A DNA stretch of 14,706 bases. It comes from Myxococcota bacterium. Lineage in GTDB: Bacteria > Myxococcota_A > UBA796 > GCA-2862545. The notes beneath the pieces are model-generated. The model saw nothing but the letters and a program-made list of their open reading frames with translations. It was not told where the DNA came from and searched no databases. Position numbers and translations under genes: made by a program. This document shows positions 13,993-14,706 of this stretch, one piece after another (position 1 is the stretch's first letter; every line of letters begins with the position of its first letter). Where the stretch lies: the NCBI GenBank assembly GCA_044356535.1, contig JBIKWC010000004.1, positions 1-14,706 of the forward strand, given 5' to 3'.

Positions 13993-14706
13993 GTGTCCGA
14001 CCTGCATCCCAACATCGTCCTCGATGGAGGCATCGCCCACACCATCGGGTGCCCCAGCCGCACGTGCCGCGCCTGGAGCGCGGACCGACCCCCCATCGGC
14101 GCAGACGGGGGCGCATCCCACGCGGCCTTCGTGCAAGCCGGCGCGCGCATTCTCAGCACCGACACGATGCACCTCTGGCCTGCGGTCGGCTCGCCGTGGG
14201 CGGCGGACGTCGACAACGCCGTCGCACTCGCGCGCTCCCGCGCCGCCGCGGGCGAGGTGTGGGGCGTGATCCCGCCGGCGTCGATGGCGAAGTTCCGTTG
14301 GCTGGACGCTGGCTTCCGGGAGCGAGTGCGCCTGAAGAGCGGTTGGAGCCAGCTCGCGGCCCGGTTCGTCGCCGCCGGCGTCGACGGGCTCGTGTTGCAG
14401 GGCTTCTCCGACGTGGTGGAGTGCGCTGCCGCCGTGGCCGAGGTCCGCTCCGTCGCGCCGACCCTCCTGCTGGTGGCCTCGCTGTCCCCGCGCGACGACG
14501 GGCGCTTGCAGGACGGCTCGGACCCGGCCAGCGCCCTCCTGGCCTTGCGCCAGGCCGGGGCGAGCTGGGTGGGGTTCGGCTGTGGCACAGGTCCGGCCTC
14601 GATCTCCGCCGCGTTGGCGCTGGCACCGGACGCCGAGTGGGCGCGGCCGTCCGGCGGTGACCTCTCCCCCGGAGACGTGGCGGCCGCCCTGGTGCGCATG
14701 GGCGAG
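13993..14706 (+). CDS. homocysteine S-methyltransferase-family protein (PF02574-like); 5' part, continues beyond the window
   Basis: GTG at 13993 (GGAG 5 nt upstream), 13 nt after the previous stop. It is open to the window end. Family-like blocks: NIVLDGGIAHTIG (cf. ILDGGMGT.L), GARILSTDTM (cf. GADII.TNTF), GVDGLVLQGFSD (cf. G.D.L..ET), and GFGCGTGP (cf. G.NCG.GP). Confidence 0.7.
   Translation, partial: MSDLHPNIVLDGGIAHTIGCPSRTCRAWSADRPPIGADGGASHAAFVQAGARILSTDTMHLWPAVGSPWAADVDNAVALARSRAAAGEVWGVIPPASMAKFRWLDAGFRERVRLKSGWSQLAARFVAAGVDGLVLQGFSDVVECAAAVAEVRSVAPTLLLVASLSPRDDGRLQDGSDPASALLALRQAGASWVGFGCGTGPASISAALALAPDAEWARPSGGDLSPGDVAAALVRMGE

Noticed and set aside
11790-14699. 969-aa minus-strand ORF spanning the ligD-Pol region to the window end
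   Set aside because: It is a pure antisense artefact: an Arg/Ala/Pro/Ser-rich translation that is codon-antiparallel to four well-supported plus-strand genes.
1-14706. Mobile elements, CRISPR arrays, tRNA/rRNA genes, phage or integrase signatures
   Set aside because: I saw no terminal inverted repeats, transposase or integrase motifs (DDE or tyrosine recombinase blocks), no repeat-spacer periodicity, and no tRNA-like cloverleaf-compatible segments. The window reads as ordinary chromosomal core or accessory genes.

Overview
This is a very GC-rich (roughly 70%+) bacterial chromosomal segment. Long open frames appear on all six frames, so I called genes from codon-position GC bias, start-site context (ATGA/GTGA/TGATG coupling, AGGAGG-like ribosome-binding sites) and recognisable protein motifs, not from ORF length. 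I can support about 17 protein-coding genes. I see no rRNA, tRNA, CRISPR array, IS element or integrase. The segment is unusually rich in lipoproteins. One carries a DGDG...DCDD...DCDG 'putative metal-binding' motif typical of Myxococcota, and together with the GC content this makes a myxobacterial-type host plausible; this is inference.

Main blocks:
(i) A minus-strand operon of four translationally coupled genes (5460 to 514): a DUF2252-like lipoprotein, a hypothetical protein, and two paralogous lipoproteins that each carry two lamin-tail domains (LTD). The last of these has a (Asp-Thr)n linker encoded by a hexanucleotide tandem repeat.
(ii) A plus-strand two-gene module, 5596-7748, which I consider the most interesting feature. 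It encodes a membrane protein with a periplasmic Cache-like sensor, a second TM helix and a HAMP domain but no output domain. A GTGA overlap couples it to a prokaryotic pentameric ligand-gated ion channel (pLGIC, Cys-loop receptor family) homologue.
(iii) A hypothetical helical protein convergent with a PPP-family metallophosphoesterase (Ser/Thr phosphatase).
(iv) A divergent pair: an LPLAT-type (PlsC-like) acyltransferase and a PHB-depolymerase-family esterase lipoprotein.
(v) A stand-alone LigD polymerase/primase (NHEJ) domain gene, coupled to a small membrane protein, then a small hypothetical protein and the 5' part of a homocysteine S-methyltransferase-family gene that runs off the window.

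Functional calls rest on motif recognition by eye. No database search was possible.
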